NCBI GenBank assembly: GCA_043228905.1
Contig: JBHGNT010000001.1
Span: 11,656,001 to 11,720,000 of the forward strand
DNA from: Azolla caroliniana
Taxonomy: Eukaryota; Plantae; Polypodiophyta
Length of the DNA stretch: 64,000 nt
Direction of reading: 5' to 3'
Shown one piece after another: positions 1 through 10,719 of this stretch. A model generated the notes under the pieces. It saw only the letters and a program-made list of their open reading frames with translations. It was not told the DNA's origin and ran no database searches. The stretch's first letter is position 1; each line of letters begins with the position of its first letter. A program made the position numbers and the translations under genes.

Positions 1-890
1 CACACCAGCCGATTCTTCCGTTGGACCCATTTCAAAAATGGGGTTTGGATTTTGTAGGCCCTTTCAAACCACCCGCGGCCCGAACAAGGAATAGGTATAT
101 TATCGTTGCCACGGATTACTGCACCAAATGGGTCGAGGCTAAGGCACTCCGAGATAACACGACGGCATCCACGACTAAATTTGTGTATGAGCACCTCTGG
201 TGCCGTTACGGATGTCCAATCGAGCTCGTTAGTGACCAAGGTGGGCACTTCATCAATCATATAATACGTGAGCTTACACACCACTACGCGGTGGTGCACA
301 AGAAAAGCACACCATACTACCCGCAGACGAACGGCTTGGCCGAATCGACCAATAAAATCCTCCAAACCATACTGAAGAAGATCGTCAATGAAAACAGGAC
401 CGATTGGGATGACAAACTCCAGAGCGCGTTGTGGGCGTATTGTACGACTTTCAAAACAAGCATCCAATCGACCCCCTTTCGAATGGCGTTCGGGTTAGAA
501 GTCGTAATGCCCGTCGAGTTCCAAGTCCCGAGCCTCCGAGTTCAAGTCAAAGCACGGCTCCCCGAGGCCGAATCCGAGCAATACCGGCTGGAACAACTCC
601 TCGAACTCGGGGAGGATAGGATAGAGAGTATGGCCCAGCTCGAACAACGCCAACGGCAATGCAAGGCTTTCGTGGATTGACATCGACATGGGTTGGAGAA
701 GGAGCTCACCATAGGCAAACCAGTTCTTCTTTTCCAAACACGACTCTGGTCAATGCCGGGAAAATTAAGATTTTGGTGGACTGGTCCATTCTGGATTATC
801 GACGAGTTCAACGGGACGTTCCAGCTCGGCACACTCGCCGGCGACGCGGTCAAAAGTTGGGCCAATGGTTTTCGACTTCGACCATATTGA
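1..890 (+). pseudogene. Ty3/Gypsy integrase (rve core and C-terminal GPF region), one in-frame stop
   Basis: ORF 21-680 has WGLDFVGP, ATDYCTKWVEA, SDQGGHF, PQTNGLAESTN (D,D35E). The same frame resumes after TGA 678-680 with KLRFWWTGPF and ends at TGA 888-890. No chromodomain. Confidence 0.92.
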
Positions 891-1514
891 GGGACTACAC
901 CACCCAACCCGTTTACCAAGCCACACGGCACAAACAAGTTTCGGGAGACCACCACGGAGGACGCCACGTGTCCCCCTAAATAAGGACTCACCCACCTTCT
1001 TGAAATTAATAAAAGTAGTAGTAGGTAGGATTAACCATAGTTTAGCCACTGATTAGCTACACCTACACCACCCACCTAGGCACCCACAATTTTAGGAGCA
1101 CCCCTCGCCACCACTCAGTTAGTACCTATTTAAGCTGTTCACACATGCAAAGCACATGCAAAGCACTAGAAGCACCCCACTCACCTTCAGGACACGTGGT
1201 GTTAGTCACTTATTATGGCACACACGACTCAGAATCTTCAGGATTCACTTCAGGCACAAAACCCTAGGAATAAGTTACTAAAACCGTTTCCAAAACGCAG
1301 CACAGACCATTATCGCTCCCCATCTCCATCGCTCTCAAGATCAGAAACCCCGTCTCACCCTCATCACGCTAAGCGCTCTTGCTCTCAAGCCCTCTTTCGC
1401 TCTCATAACCTCTCTGCTGGACTTCCCCTTCCTGTTGTTCCTCTTGTGGCTCGCCCTCGCCTCATCACTTTGCTTCACGCTTCCACACAGTCGAACCCCG
1501 TCTCCATCTCCACC

Positions 1515-3318
1515 ATGCCTCTTACCGCCTCAACAGAAACCCGCGCCTGGCTCCAGGAACGAGGAATGGGCGGTTACCTAAAGATCATCGATGCCCCCGC
1601 GCACCCAGATGCCCAAACTGTGGCTAAACGTATAAGTCCCGAAGCCATCACCATTCGACAGCCAACGTCGCGCCCCTCGGTAACGTCCCCAGGACCTAGC
1701 CCACGCCCCAACACACAGCAAGCTGCACCACCACGACCCCAGAAAAGGAAGCAGGCGGAGGAAACGACACTATCGGCCCCGGAACCCCAAACACACCCAA
1801 GCAAGAGAAGACGACTCAACCGCGAGTCCTCGGAAGAACAGAAGGAGCCACAACAGGAGCAAGCCTTAGTGGTTAGATAGAGCAACCTAGCCATCACCCC
1901 TGCGGAGGCATCGCTGAACCAGGGAACGATCAAGCATGGGTAGACAACACAGATCTCGGAGGATGAAGTCCTCGGGTATAAGGACCTCCCCGTGGAGGCT
2001 TACGAATTTAGTGCGCTCCTACTCCTTGGTACGTCATTCGAGCTGGTTGACTTCCTCGCCAGAGCCCAAGTCGCAGCAGCCGCTCGAATGGCGGAAGAGT
2101 ACGCCGAAACAAAAATGATTCAACGCGCGGTAATAGGTGAAATTGAGCCCCAGGAGGACAGGGGTTTACAAAAAATAGGGAGGAAGAAGCAGGCAAAATA
2201 GGCCGCTCTCCTCATGGAGGTCCCCGAGTTGAACACGGCTCTTATCGAGGCATATCGGGACCTGGATCGCACTACGCGGGCAGCCAAAGACATGGCCCGA
2301 AAGATAAAAATAGCCCAAAAACAGGCTAAGATGGCTACAGAACTATGGCACGCTGCGAACCAGAAGCTGGCAGCCTGGGAGCAAAACCGGCCGGAACAAC
2401 AACTCCTAAGACTTCCGGTAACGACCACCGAGGCCCTCCCAGCGCCTCCACGCATAACAATGATGTATGAAAGCACCATCACCGACTCAATCCTGAAGGT
2501 GCAGGCCAGTACACAAATGGACTCGTTACAAATGGTCGATGCCTGCACAACAACCGAGGCGGCCACGCCCATGGAGCAGACCGAGATACCCCCACCTCGT
2601 GCACCCAAGGAGGTGGCAACCTAGACAGAACCCCTGCTCCGGGATTACCGTGCGGAGCTTAAAGAAGAACAACGGCGAACCGAGAGACACGAACAACGAT
2701 ATCAAGAGGCGATGACTCGCCTAAAAGAAGAAGCTTCCAAGCAGATGGCCGAGATAAGAGCCCAGGCCGACCAAAGGATACACGAGCAGAACGAAGCACT
2801 GGACCGGGTACAAGCGCAAGCCGCGGGCAAGGAAGCCAAACTCAAAAGCAAGCTGGAGGAATACGCAGTCACAATGGTGAAGAAAGAGAAGGAGGTTCTA
2901 GACCTACAGGCCGCGCTCGACAATGCAAAAGACTGGAACCAGCGGCAGTAGGAAAGAAATCGCCAATGGGAGGAGAGGATGAATGCGGAGAATGCTGAGC
3001 TGTAGAGTCAGCGTACAACCCTTAAAGAGATGGCTGACGAGTTTTTCATCAAATGCAAGCTACTTTCAGAGCAAAAAGACCCCTTATCGGATTCCTACTT
3101 CGCCCTACAAGAAGAGAGAATCGTCGAACGGGAACAAATCCGGGCCACGTGTCAGAAAGAACGGGAGCAGGCCACCGAAGAACTTACCAAGCGTTACGAG
3201 CAGGCTCTCCAGCTCGTAACCGCGGATGCAAAGAACACTCAGGCCATCTATGAGCTAAGAACACAGAAGATTCAGGCCGAGGTCGACGGCTTAAAACAGG
3301 AATTAGCAGCCATCCGAG
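1515..3318 (+). pseudogene. Additional ORF downstream of Gypsy pol (Pro-rich N-terminus, long Q/E/K/A coiled coil), decayed and interrupted by the Copia insertion
   Basis: ORF pieces at 1215, 1992, 2214, 2712 and 3030 share one frame. From ATG 1515 the frame is broken only by six TAG codons (1878, 1941, 2199, 2622, 2949, 3003). Confidence 0.7.
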
Positions 3319-3598
3319 TGTTGGAAGCAATGTCGTCTGTGCGGAAGATCGAGAAGCACTCGATTCCTGTTTATTCCCTGTGTATGACAGAATGTAGGTC
3401 GTTGCACAGAGAGAGAGAGAGAGAGACACAAAAGACTTTCTTATTGCATAAAGTAATAATACAACAGCCAACCTTACAAAGAGGTTACAAGGTCACTATA
3501 TATAGTGACCGACTTAGGGCAACTACCCTTTATGCTAATTACATAAATGGCCAAAACGGGATAGTGTGAATACGTCCATTATACACATGTATTCGACA
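3319..3598 (-). repeat. 3' LTR of the intact Copia (280 bp)
   Basis: Termini TGTTGGAA...TTCGACA (imperfect inverted repeat), adjacent PPT, internal (AG)n at about 3409-3426. Confidence 0.85.
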
Positions 3599-3791
3599 CT
3601 CCCCCGTAATGGGCGTATACATGGGTTATCTAAGATTACAGGTATAGACTTAGGTTCTCGGACATATCAGCTTTGTTCGAGTCGGCAGGATCCGAAGACA
3701 GAAGACCGAACTGGTCGGGTCGGAACAGTTGAAGCCGATCATTAAGGAGCTGATGTCGGTTGTCGGGGACCATCCTGCTCTGTGTCCGGCT

Positions 3792-6700
3792 CTAACCGGA
3801 CTGGTTTGTCGTTACGCCCATCTGATGCCGAAGAGACCGAAAACGGTCTGCCGAGAGACATTTGGTCATTCCATCTGCGACATTATCGGTTGTAGATATT
3901 TTCTCTAGACCGATTTTCCCTGAAATGACGCAGTCCCGAACGAAGTGATATCGAACGTCGATATGTTTGGAGGCGTTGTGGTGAACCGGATTTTTCGACA
4001 AGGCAACAGCACCTTGACTGTCGCTGTAGACAACTGGAGCCGAGTCATGTTCGACTTGTCGAAACGTGTGCGCCAGCCGACCGAGCCACAAAGCTTCTTT
4101 TGCCGTGTCGGACGCAGCTACATATTCTGCTTCGGTCGTTGAGGTCGCTGTGCACTCCTGAAGTTTCGACTTCCACGAGATTGCTCCATTGCCGAATTTG
4201 AAGCAGTATCCGGTTGTTGATTTCCGACTGTCTATACAGCCGGCGAAGTCCGAGTCGGTGTAACCGACTACGCCTGAGGTTCGGTTCGGTCCGAAAAGAA
4301 TGCCATGGTCTTTTGTGCCAACCAGATATCTGAACACATGCTTGACTACGTTCCAATGCGATCGGCCAGGGTTGTGCATAAATCTGCTAACGACTCCTAC
4401 GGCATGAGAGATGTCAGGCCGTGTCGCGACCATCAGGTACATAAGGGAGCCGACTGCCGGTGCATACGGTACCGACTTCATATCTTCCCCCTCCGAACCG
4501 GATGTCGGGCAGTCTCGCTGAGAGAGCCGAAGATTCATGGGGAGCGGGGTTGAAGCAGATTTGGCTGATTGCATGTTGAAGCGTTCCAAGACACGTCCGA
4601 TATAGTCGGTCTGAGACAAAAAAAGATGTCGTTTATCGCGATGCCGACTAATTTTCATGCCAAGGATGTGTCGTGCCGGACCGAGGTCCTTCATGGCAAA
4701 CTTCAACCGCAGTTGCCGAACTAGATCGGAAAGTTCGCCCGCGTGGCGTCCAGAAATTAGCATGTCGTCCACGTAAATGATGAGGAAGATGGGTGATCCA
4801 TCTCGAGCTGTGTTGGTGAAGAGACAATGGTCCTCATCGCTTTTGGAGAAGCCGATTGATTGGATGAAGTCGTCGAACTTCTTGTACCATTGTCGCGGTG
4901 CCTGTTTGAGGCCGTATAGACTCTTCCTGAGTCGGCAGACTAGATGTTCTTGGCCAGTTGCCACGAAGCCTTTTGGCTGCTCCATATAAATTTCCTCCTC
5001 GAGATCACCATGGAGGAAGGCTGTTTTGACATCTAGCTGAATCAGCTCCAAGTTGTCGGCTGCCACGACGCCGAGCAGAAGACGAAGGGTTGTCATTTTC
5101 ACCACTGGTGAAAAAATCTCGTCGAAGTCGACGCCATATTCTTGTCGGAAGCCCTTCGCAACTAATCTGGCCTTGTACTTTGGGGTGGTCGAATCAGACG
5201 TCTCTTTTAGTCGATAAACCCACTTGCAAGGAAGAGCACGTCGGTTCCTAGGTAATTCGACCAGATCCCAAGTCTTGTTTGCCCGGATGGAGTGCATTTC
5301 CGACTCCATCGCCAGATGCCAGGTGGCCGAATCGACAGATGTCGATGCTTCTTCGTAAGACGTCGGTTCGCCGGCGTCGGTGAAGAAAATTCCAGGAGAA
5401 TACCTCTCCGGAGGTTGCGACAGTCTCTCGGATCGTCGAGGTATGATTGGACTGGTCGCATCGGGTATCGTGGTCGGATGGTCCGAAACCGAATCATTCG
5501 GCTGTGCCGAGTCAGAGTTGTCCGAGTCGGTAGTATAAGGGTCAGCTACCCGTGAAGCTGACCGTGTGTTGAGAGCGGGGCCTTCTTGAAGGGTCGGCAC
5601 ATCGGAGAATGTTACCCTTCGGACTTCGATCGGTTTGTCGACCGATGGATTCATAGCCGACTCGTTGAACACAACGTCCGAACTTCGAACGATTTGTCTG
5701 CGTTCGGGGTCCCAGAGTCGGTATCCCATTTCGCCGTCGGATCCATATCCAAGGAAAATGCATTTCCTGGACCGAGGTGCAAGTTTTCGGCGATCATCTT
5801 TCGGAATAAGGGCGTACGCCTCGCATCCGAAGATCCTCAGCTTGTCGTAATTCGGCTTGCTGCCGATCCATAATTCCTGAGGAATTTGAAGTCCTAGAGG
5901 TCTACTTGGCGACATATTGATTATGTGTACTGCCGTGAGTAGAGCCTCTGCCCAGAAGCCATCCGACAGTCGGGAGTGTTGGAGCATGGAAACTATCCGT
6001 TCTTGGATTGTCCGATTCATTCGTTCTGCAATCCCGTTTTGCTCCGGACTGTGTGGTGCCGTAAGTTCACGTCGGATGCCGCGTTGTCGGCAGAATTTGA
6101 CGAATTCTTCGGATTTGAACTCTCCCCCATTGTCTGTCCGAAAGCATTTCAGCTTTCGGTCGGTTTGATTTTCCACCATAGCGAGCCAATCTGAAAAGAT
6201 CGAGAAGACACGATCTTTGGTGCGAATTGGATACGCCCACACCTTTCGAGTCGAGTCGTCAATGAAAGTGACGAAGTAAGATGCACCGCCTAGAGACTGA
6301 TGCGGCATTGGGCCGCAGACGTCCGAGTGGACCAAATCGAGAGGTCTCGTTTCTCTTGGTGCTGATGTCGGGTGTGATGCGGCGGCTTGTTTGCCATACT
6401 GGCAATGCTCGCAGAATTGATGGTCGGAGAAGGAGAGTTTGGGGATGTATCCGGCTCTAGATAGATGCGTGATGCCGGCCTTGCTGAGGTGTCCCAATCG
6501 TCGGTGCCATAGTGATGACACAGGAATATCCACCAAAAACAGGTTACCCTCTCTGAGCGTAACATGTAACGGATACAGTGAGTGTATCTTGGGTCCTCTA
6601 GCAAGCAGGAGGTTCCCCCTGTGGAGTGTCCACCCTCCCGAAGAGAAACCGGCACGAATGCCGTCTTCATCTAGTTGTCCGACTGAGATCAATGGCCTTG

Positions 6701-7805
6701 AGAGCTCGGGTACATGTCGGACATTGTGGAGTACAAGTGTAGAGCCACCTGCAAGGTTGAGCTCTACTGTGCCGATTCCGATGATGTCACAGTGTTGTGA
6801 GTTGCCGACCCGAACTGAGTCGGAGTGACGGATCGTATATTGCCGAAATTGGGATCGATGAGGAGTCACGTGAAATGACGCGCCCGAATCTAAGAGCCAT
6901 GTGCTCGATTCTTCAGTCGTGAGCAGAACTTCTGAGCCGACTGGATTTTCGATTGATAGTATATTCGGGTCGTCTGGTAGCACATCAGCTGAGAAGCTGA
7001 CGTAATTGATCTCCTCATGCCGGCCACTCTTCTTGTTGTTCTTGTTCTTGAGTGCGCGGCAGTCGGCTTTGATGTGTCCGGGTTTCTTGCAATAGTTGCA
7101 GATTCGGTTATCCCGTGACTGGCTCCGTCTTCGCTGATTGTTCGGCGGTCGTGAGGAATCTCTTCCTCGTATGTTTGATCGGTCTGTCGAACCTTGTACT
7201 ACGTAGGCGTCGTCTGTTGAGTCTTTGGCGAAAGACTTTCTCCGAGCTGCTTCGGTCAGGATTGCGCTCGTGACTTCGGAGTATTTAACAGCCGTGGTTG
7301 ACGCGTTGCACACGGTTGTGACGAAAGTTTCCCATGATGGGGGAAGGCTGCTCATGAGTATCATTGCTCTGAGTTCATCCTCGATTGCCGTCCCCTGTGA
7401 CGAGATTTGGGAGCTTATGCTTTCGTACTCATTGAGGTGTGCTTGGACCGAGTCGGATTCTTTCATCCGCAAGTTGTAGAGGCGCCGGATCAGAAACATT
7501 TTCGTTGCGGCGACCTTCTTTTCGTAAGTGTCCGACAGTGTTTTCCACAGTTCGAATGCTGTTGTACACGATTGCACCGTGAAGTATACCGATTCCGATA
7601 GGTGCATCCGAATCGTGGCGCGGACGATTCTGTCCAGCTTCTGCCACTCAATTGGTTTGTATCCTTCTGGAGGTTCTTCATTTTCGATGGGATCGATTTG
7701 CCCCTTGACTATGAGATAGTCCTGCATTTGTTCCTTCCAGAAGTTGAAGTTCGATCCATCGAACTTGCGTAGACTCATTTCTGACGAGCCGGATGTTGAT
7801 GCCAT
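3792..7805 (-). CDS. Copia gag-pol polyprotein (~1337 aa): Gag, CCHC, protease, integrase, RT, RNase H
   Basis: FDGSNFNFWK, CNYCKKPGHIKADC, WLLDSGAS, WHRRLGH, VHSDVCGP, RTDNGGEF, QLDVKTAFLHG, YVDDML, YTDSDFAG, KHIDVRYHF. PR-IN-RT-RH order, no stops. First ATG is at 7805. Confidence 0.97.
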   Translation of the reverse strand: MASTSGSSEMSLRKFDGSNFNFWKEQMQDYLIVKGQIDPIENEEPPEGYKPIEWQKLDRIVRATIRMHLSESVYFTVQSCTTAFELWKTLSDTYEKKVAATKMFLIRRLYNLRMKESDSVQAHLNEYESISSQISSQGTAIEDELRAMILMSSLPPSWETFVTTVCNASTTAVKYSEVTSAILTEAARRKSFAKDSTDDAYVVQGSTDRSNIRGRDSSRPPNNQRRRSQSRDNRICNYCKKPGHIKADCRALKNKNNKKSGRHEEINYVSFSADVLPDDPNILSIENPVGSEVLLTTEESSTWLLDSGASFHVTPHRSQFRQYTIRHSDSVRVGNSQHCDIIGIGTVELNLAGGSTLVLHNVRHVPELSRPLISVGQLDEDGIRAGFSSGGWTLHRGNLLLARGPKIHSLYPLHVTLREGNLFLVDIPVSSLWHRRLGHLSKAGITHLSRAGYIPKLSFSDHQFCEHCQYGKQAAASHPTSAPRETRPLDLVHSDVCGPMPHQSLGGASYFVTFIDDSTRKVWAYPIRTKDRVFSIFSDWLAMVENQTDRKLKCFRTDNGGEFKSEEFVKFCRQRGIRRELTAPHSPEQNGIAERMNRTIQERIVSMLQHSRLSDGFWAEALLTAVHIINMSPSRPLGLQIPQELWIGSKPNYDKLRIFGCEAYALIPKDDRRKLAPRSRKCIFLGYGSDGEMGYRLWDPERRQIVRSSDVVFNESAMNPSVDKPIEVRRVTFSDVPTLQEGPALNTRSASRVADPYTTDSDNSDSAQPNDSVSDHPTTIPDATSPIIPRRSERLSQPPERYSPGIFFTDAGEPTSYEEASTSVDSATWHLAMESEMHSIRANKTWDLVELPRNRRALPCKWVYRLKETSDSTTPKYKARLVAKGFRQEYGVDFDEIFSPVVKMTTLRLLLGVVAADNLELIQLDVKTAFLHGDLEEEIYMEQPKGFVATGQEHLVCRLRKSLYGLKQAPRQWYKKFDDFIQSIGFSKSDEDHCLFTNTARDGSPIFLIIYVDDMLISGRHAGELSDLVRQLRLKFAMKDLGPARHILGMKISRHRDKRHLFLSQTDYIGRVLERFNMQSAKSASTPLPMNLRLSQRDCPTSGSEGEDMKSVPYAPAVGSLMYLMVATRPDISHAVGVVSRFMHNPGRSHWNVVKHVFRYLVGTKDHGILFGPNRTSGVVGYTDSDFAGCIDSRKSTTGYCFKFGNGAISWKSKLQECTATSTTEAEYVAASDTAKEALWLGRLAHTFRQVEHDSAPVVYSDSQGAVALSKNPVHHNASKHIDVRYHFVRDCVISGKIGLEKISTTDNVADGMTKCLSADRFRSLRHQMGVTTNQSG

Positions 7806-8151
7806 CAAATTCGGTTTCGTTTGACGAAGCTCGGTTCGGAGTTGACTACGAACCTTGTTGGAGTGCAGCCGGTAGGCTCACCCGATATCGTTCTAGTCGA
7901 ATTTGAACCCGAGTCGGTTCGGCTTCGGAACTTGCTCGAATTGACTCCGGTAGCTTGAGGGACAGAGCCGACTGGTCTTCCCGAATGTTGCCGAGTCGGA
8001 GTGAGCCCGGTTCGCTTCGGATATATATGCCGAATACCGATTATTAAAACCGATTATCTGGGCCGATTTTGCTTCGGTTGACTGCAGCGACGAGAGAGAT
8101 GGATCCGACTGATCCTCCCGAATGTCGATCAGCCAGATGAAGCACGAATTT

Positions 8152-8251
8152 NNNNNNNNNNNNNNNNNNNNNNNNNNNNNNNNNNNNNNNNNNNNNNNNN
8201 NNNNNNNNNNNNNNNNNNNNNNNNNNNNNNNNNNNNNNNNNNNNNNNNNNN
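8152..8251. other. Assembly gap (100 N)
   Basis: Run of exactly 100 N. The sequence on either side belongs to different elements. Confidence 0.99.
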
Positions 8252-8297
8252 GTTCAAATCTAGAGTTTAGCAAAAGAAAAGTCGAATCTTGTGATCG

Positions 8298-8985
8298 ACT
8301 ATTTAGTCGATTGGCTAGGATATAGTCCGAGCGAGCGTACTTGGGAACCAATAGAGAATGTGATCAATGCTCGTGCTCTTCTTGTCTCCTCGAACCCTAT
8401 CAAGATAGCATTATCCCAAGTCGTATTAAACAACCTCCACCCCCGATCCAACTTGAAGATGGACCTGAGTACGAGATTGCCACCATCCTCGATTCCAAGA
8501 TAGTTCGCAACAAGCTCTACTATTTAGTCGATTGGCTAGGATATAGGCCCAACGAGCGTACTTGAGAACCAATAGAGAATGTGACCAATGCTCGTGCTCT
8601 TCTTGAAGACTTCCATCGTCAATATCCAAACAAACCGGGTCCTCAATCCAAAACAACTCGTGACACTCGTTGTTTTAAAGGGGAGATATTTTCATGATAA
8701 TATGATAAGACTCGAACCATGACCTTATGTTACACGGGTCGAGCTCTTAACCATTAGACTATATGTTGTAATACAAAGGATATTATTTTCATTTAAGTTT
8801 TACTATAGAAAATTGATGTATATTCCAGATTTCTCTAGAACATTCTAGAAACTTCAGGAGTACTCCTGAGAACACTATAAAAGGAGGCACAAGGTATTAT
8901 TTCAAACCAAATTGGTTCAACGTCAGTCTTAAGCCTCCTAGCTACTATTGTATATTCTCTTAACATAATATATCCTTTGTTATCG

Positions 8986-9041
<56 letters not shown>

Positions 9042-9157
9042 TCTCTCGAGAGTTCTACACCTCCCTTAGTACTAATCCTCATCTTTTAGTACTAGTTCCT
9101 TCTCTGTCTTAGTACTGTTCTTGAAAGTACTTCTTTTTCTTAGTATTGTTCCTGACA
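8298..9157 (+). mobile_element. 3' end of a chromovirus: chromodomain, PPT and 3' LTR (~8690-9157), inserted in a Copia protease region
   Basis: PPPIQLEDGPEYEIATILDSKIVRNKLYYLVDWLGY...ERT*EP...DFHRQYP. PPT AAAGGGGAGATA at about 8677-8688. LTR ends CCTGACA at 9157, has TATAAAA near 8876 and (CT)n at about 8991-9038. Confidence 0.85.
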
Positions 9158-10474
9158 TATGAAGTCGGGTCGGTCCGGTGTCCATAAGTCATGAAACCAC
9201 TATTGGTGTGATGTCATATGATGTGAGGCACCGGAATTGACGAACCACACGTCTTCCGAGTTGGAAGTGCTGGTGGAGTCAGAGGTCTTCATAGAGTTCG
9301 CTCTATGCCTCATTACGAATAGTCCATCGTAGTCATCGTATTCGGAGTTGGTGGCGTAATTCGTGAGTTGTCGACTTGTCTAAGCCGACTCGCTTCTTCT
9401 TTTTCGGCACTCCTCCTTGCGGTGACCAATTTTTTCGCAATAGTTGCTAGTTACGGGCCTCATTTCCCAACCTTGTTCGGCATGGAAGGTCCCCCTTCTT
9501 CCGAAGGTTCCTCGATGGCTTCTGTGAAGGTTTGAGTTCCCTTCGTGTGATGAACCAAATTGACCTCTTCTACTGTCGTGACCTCGTCCGTGGCCACCGT
9601 CTGAACTTGAGAAGAACATTTGTCCTTTTGACGTCTTTGTCTTGATTCAAATGTGGTTCTCTTCGACCAATAACATTGATTGGAGGTCGACGAACGAAGG
9701 GGGGTTTTCTCTCACCAAGATTGTCGTCTGTAATGGATCGAATCATTGTGTAAGGCCGCCCAAACATAATTGAACCATCTTGTTTTCATCGAGATTTATG
9801 TTGATGGAGCGAAGTGAGTCACAAATGCTCTTGATTTTGGTGGTGTAGTCCGGCATAGACATATCTTTTGGCCAAATGTTGTTCAACTCTTGTCGGAGTT
9901 GAAGCTTTCGGGTGGTCGTGTTGGTGGCGAACATCTTCTTCAAGTTCCGGCGTTTCTTGTCGGCGTTTCGAACACACAATTACGAATAAGCAGATGGGCT
10001 TAGTGGATGTGTTAAACCACACACTCTGATACCATGTTAATAATTATTAGGTAATTAACTACAGGTTAATTAGTACCTAATTATGTGATCAAGCTAAGCG
10101 GAAGATTATGTGATATGTGTGTGTATGTGTGTGAGAGGAAGAGAGAGAGGAAGTTACACTTATGAACAACACAAGATGGGGGATGATTAACTCTACATTA
10201 AATTAGCATCATCATCATCAAATACAAAAATACCCACAATGAGGTATATATACATCTCATGTGCAAAGGTGCACATGTGTGAGTAGAATATAGGTACTAA
10301 GGTGTAAGTCCTATATTAAATGTACTTAGGAGTGGAGGATCTAGAATATCCCACTTAAGCAAGGTCATATTTAAGGCGTTATAGTAAACACTCCTAACTA
10401 GATTCTATCTAGGTAACTACGAAGTTACATAGTTGACTAAATAGCTAAACTAAGTTGAGCTTGATCTCTCAACA
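9158..10474 (-). mobile_element. Decayed Copia 5' part: LTR 10035-10474, tRNA-iMet PBS, gag/CCHC/protease remnants
   Basis: LTR TG...CA. Minus-strand TGGTATCAGAG at 10034-10024. Gag-like RKLQLRQELNNI, knuckle remnant NYCEKIGHRKEEC, protease VWFVNSGASHHMT near 9200-9250. Confidence 0.85.
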
Positions 10475-10719
10475 TGGAATACAGATCTATTTTGCCTAAG
10501 TTTTTGTGTCTCTGATCTATGTTGAGTGTGTCTGTGTTGAGTCGTGTACTCTGTATGTGTTAAGTACGGAACGTGTCGATTGTAGCCGTCATCGTAATCT
10601 CCACAGTCTCCACAATCAAGATAACTATTACGATTCTAGTATACAGCCACCCGAGTTATGGGTACGACTTGAGCATCCTTCCCTAACCACGATTCCCTTG
10701 ACCCGAAGGTGTTCTTTAC

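Larger units (their letters stand above)
3319..8151 (-). mobile_element. Ty1/Copia LTR retrotransposon (Tnt1/Tork-like), coding-intact; 5' end lost in the assembly gap
   Basis: 3' LTR 3319-3598, purine tract (minus ...TACGGGGGAG) abutting it at 3599, intact gag-pol. The leader runs into Ns at 8152. Expected TSD on the far side is CCGAG (3314-3318). Confidence 0.93.

Noticed and set aside
3030-3569. 179-aa ORF as a real gene
   Set aside because: It is a chimera: the Gypsy extra-ORF frame reads through into the Copia LTR at 3319.
3945-7719. Many short plus-strand ORFs opposite the Copia gag-pol
   Set aside because: They are shadow ORFs of a GC-rich coding strand with no recognisable motifs.
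7893-8351. ORFs spanning the N run
   Set aside because: They are artefacts of translating through the assembly gap.
8706-8765. Functional tRNA genes at the LTR A/B-box cassettes
   Set aside because: I could not fold a convincing acceptor stem or anticodon arm, so they are reported only as tRNA-like promoter elements.
10475-10719. Possible fragment of another LTR between the two Copia pieces
   Set aside because: The end resembles an LTR (CTTTAC), but there is no matching partner, TSD or PBS.
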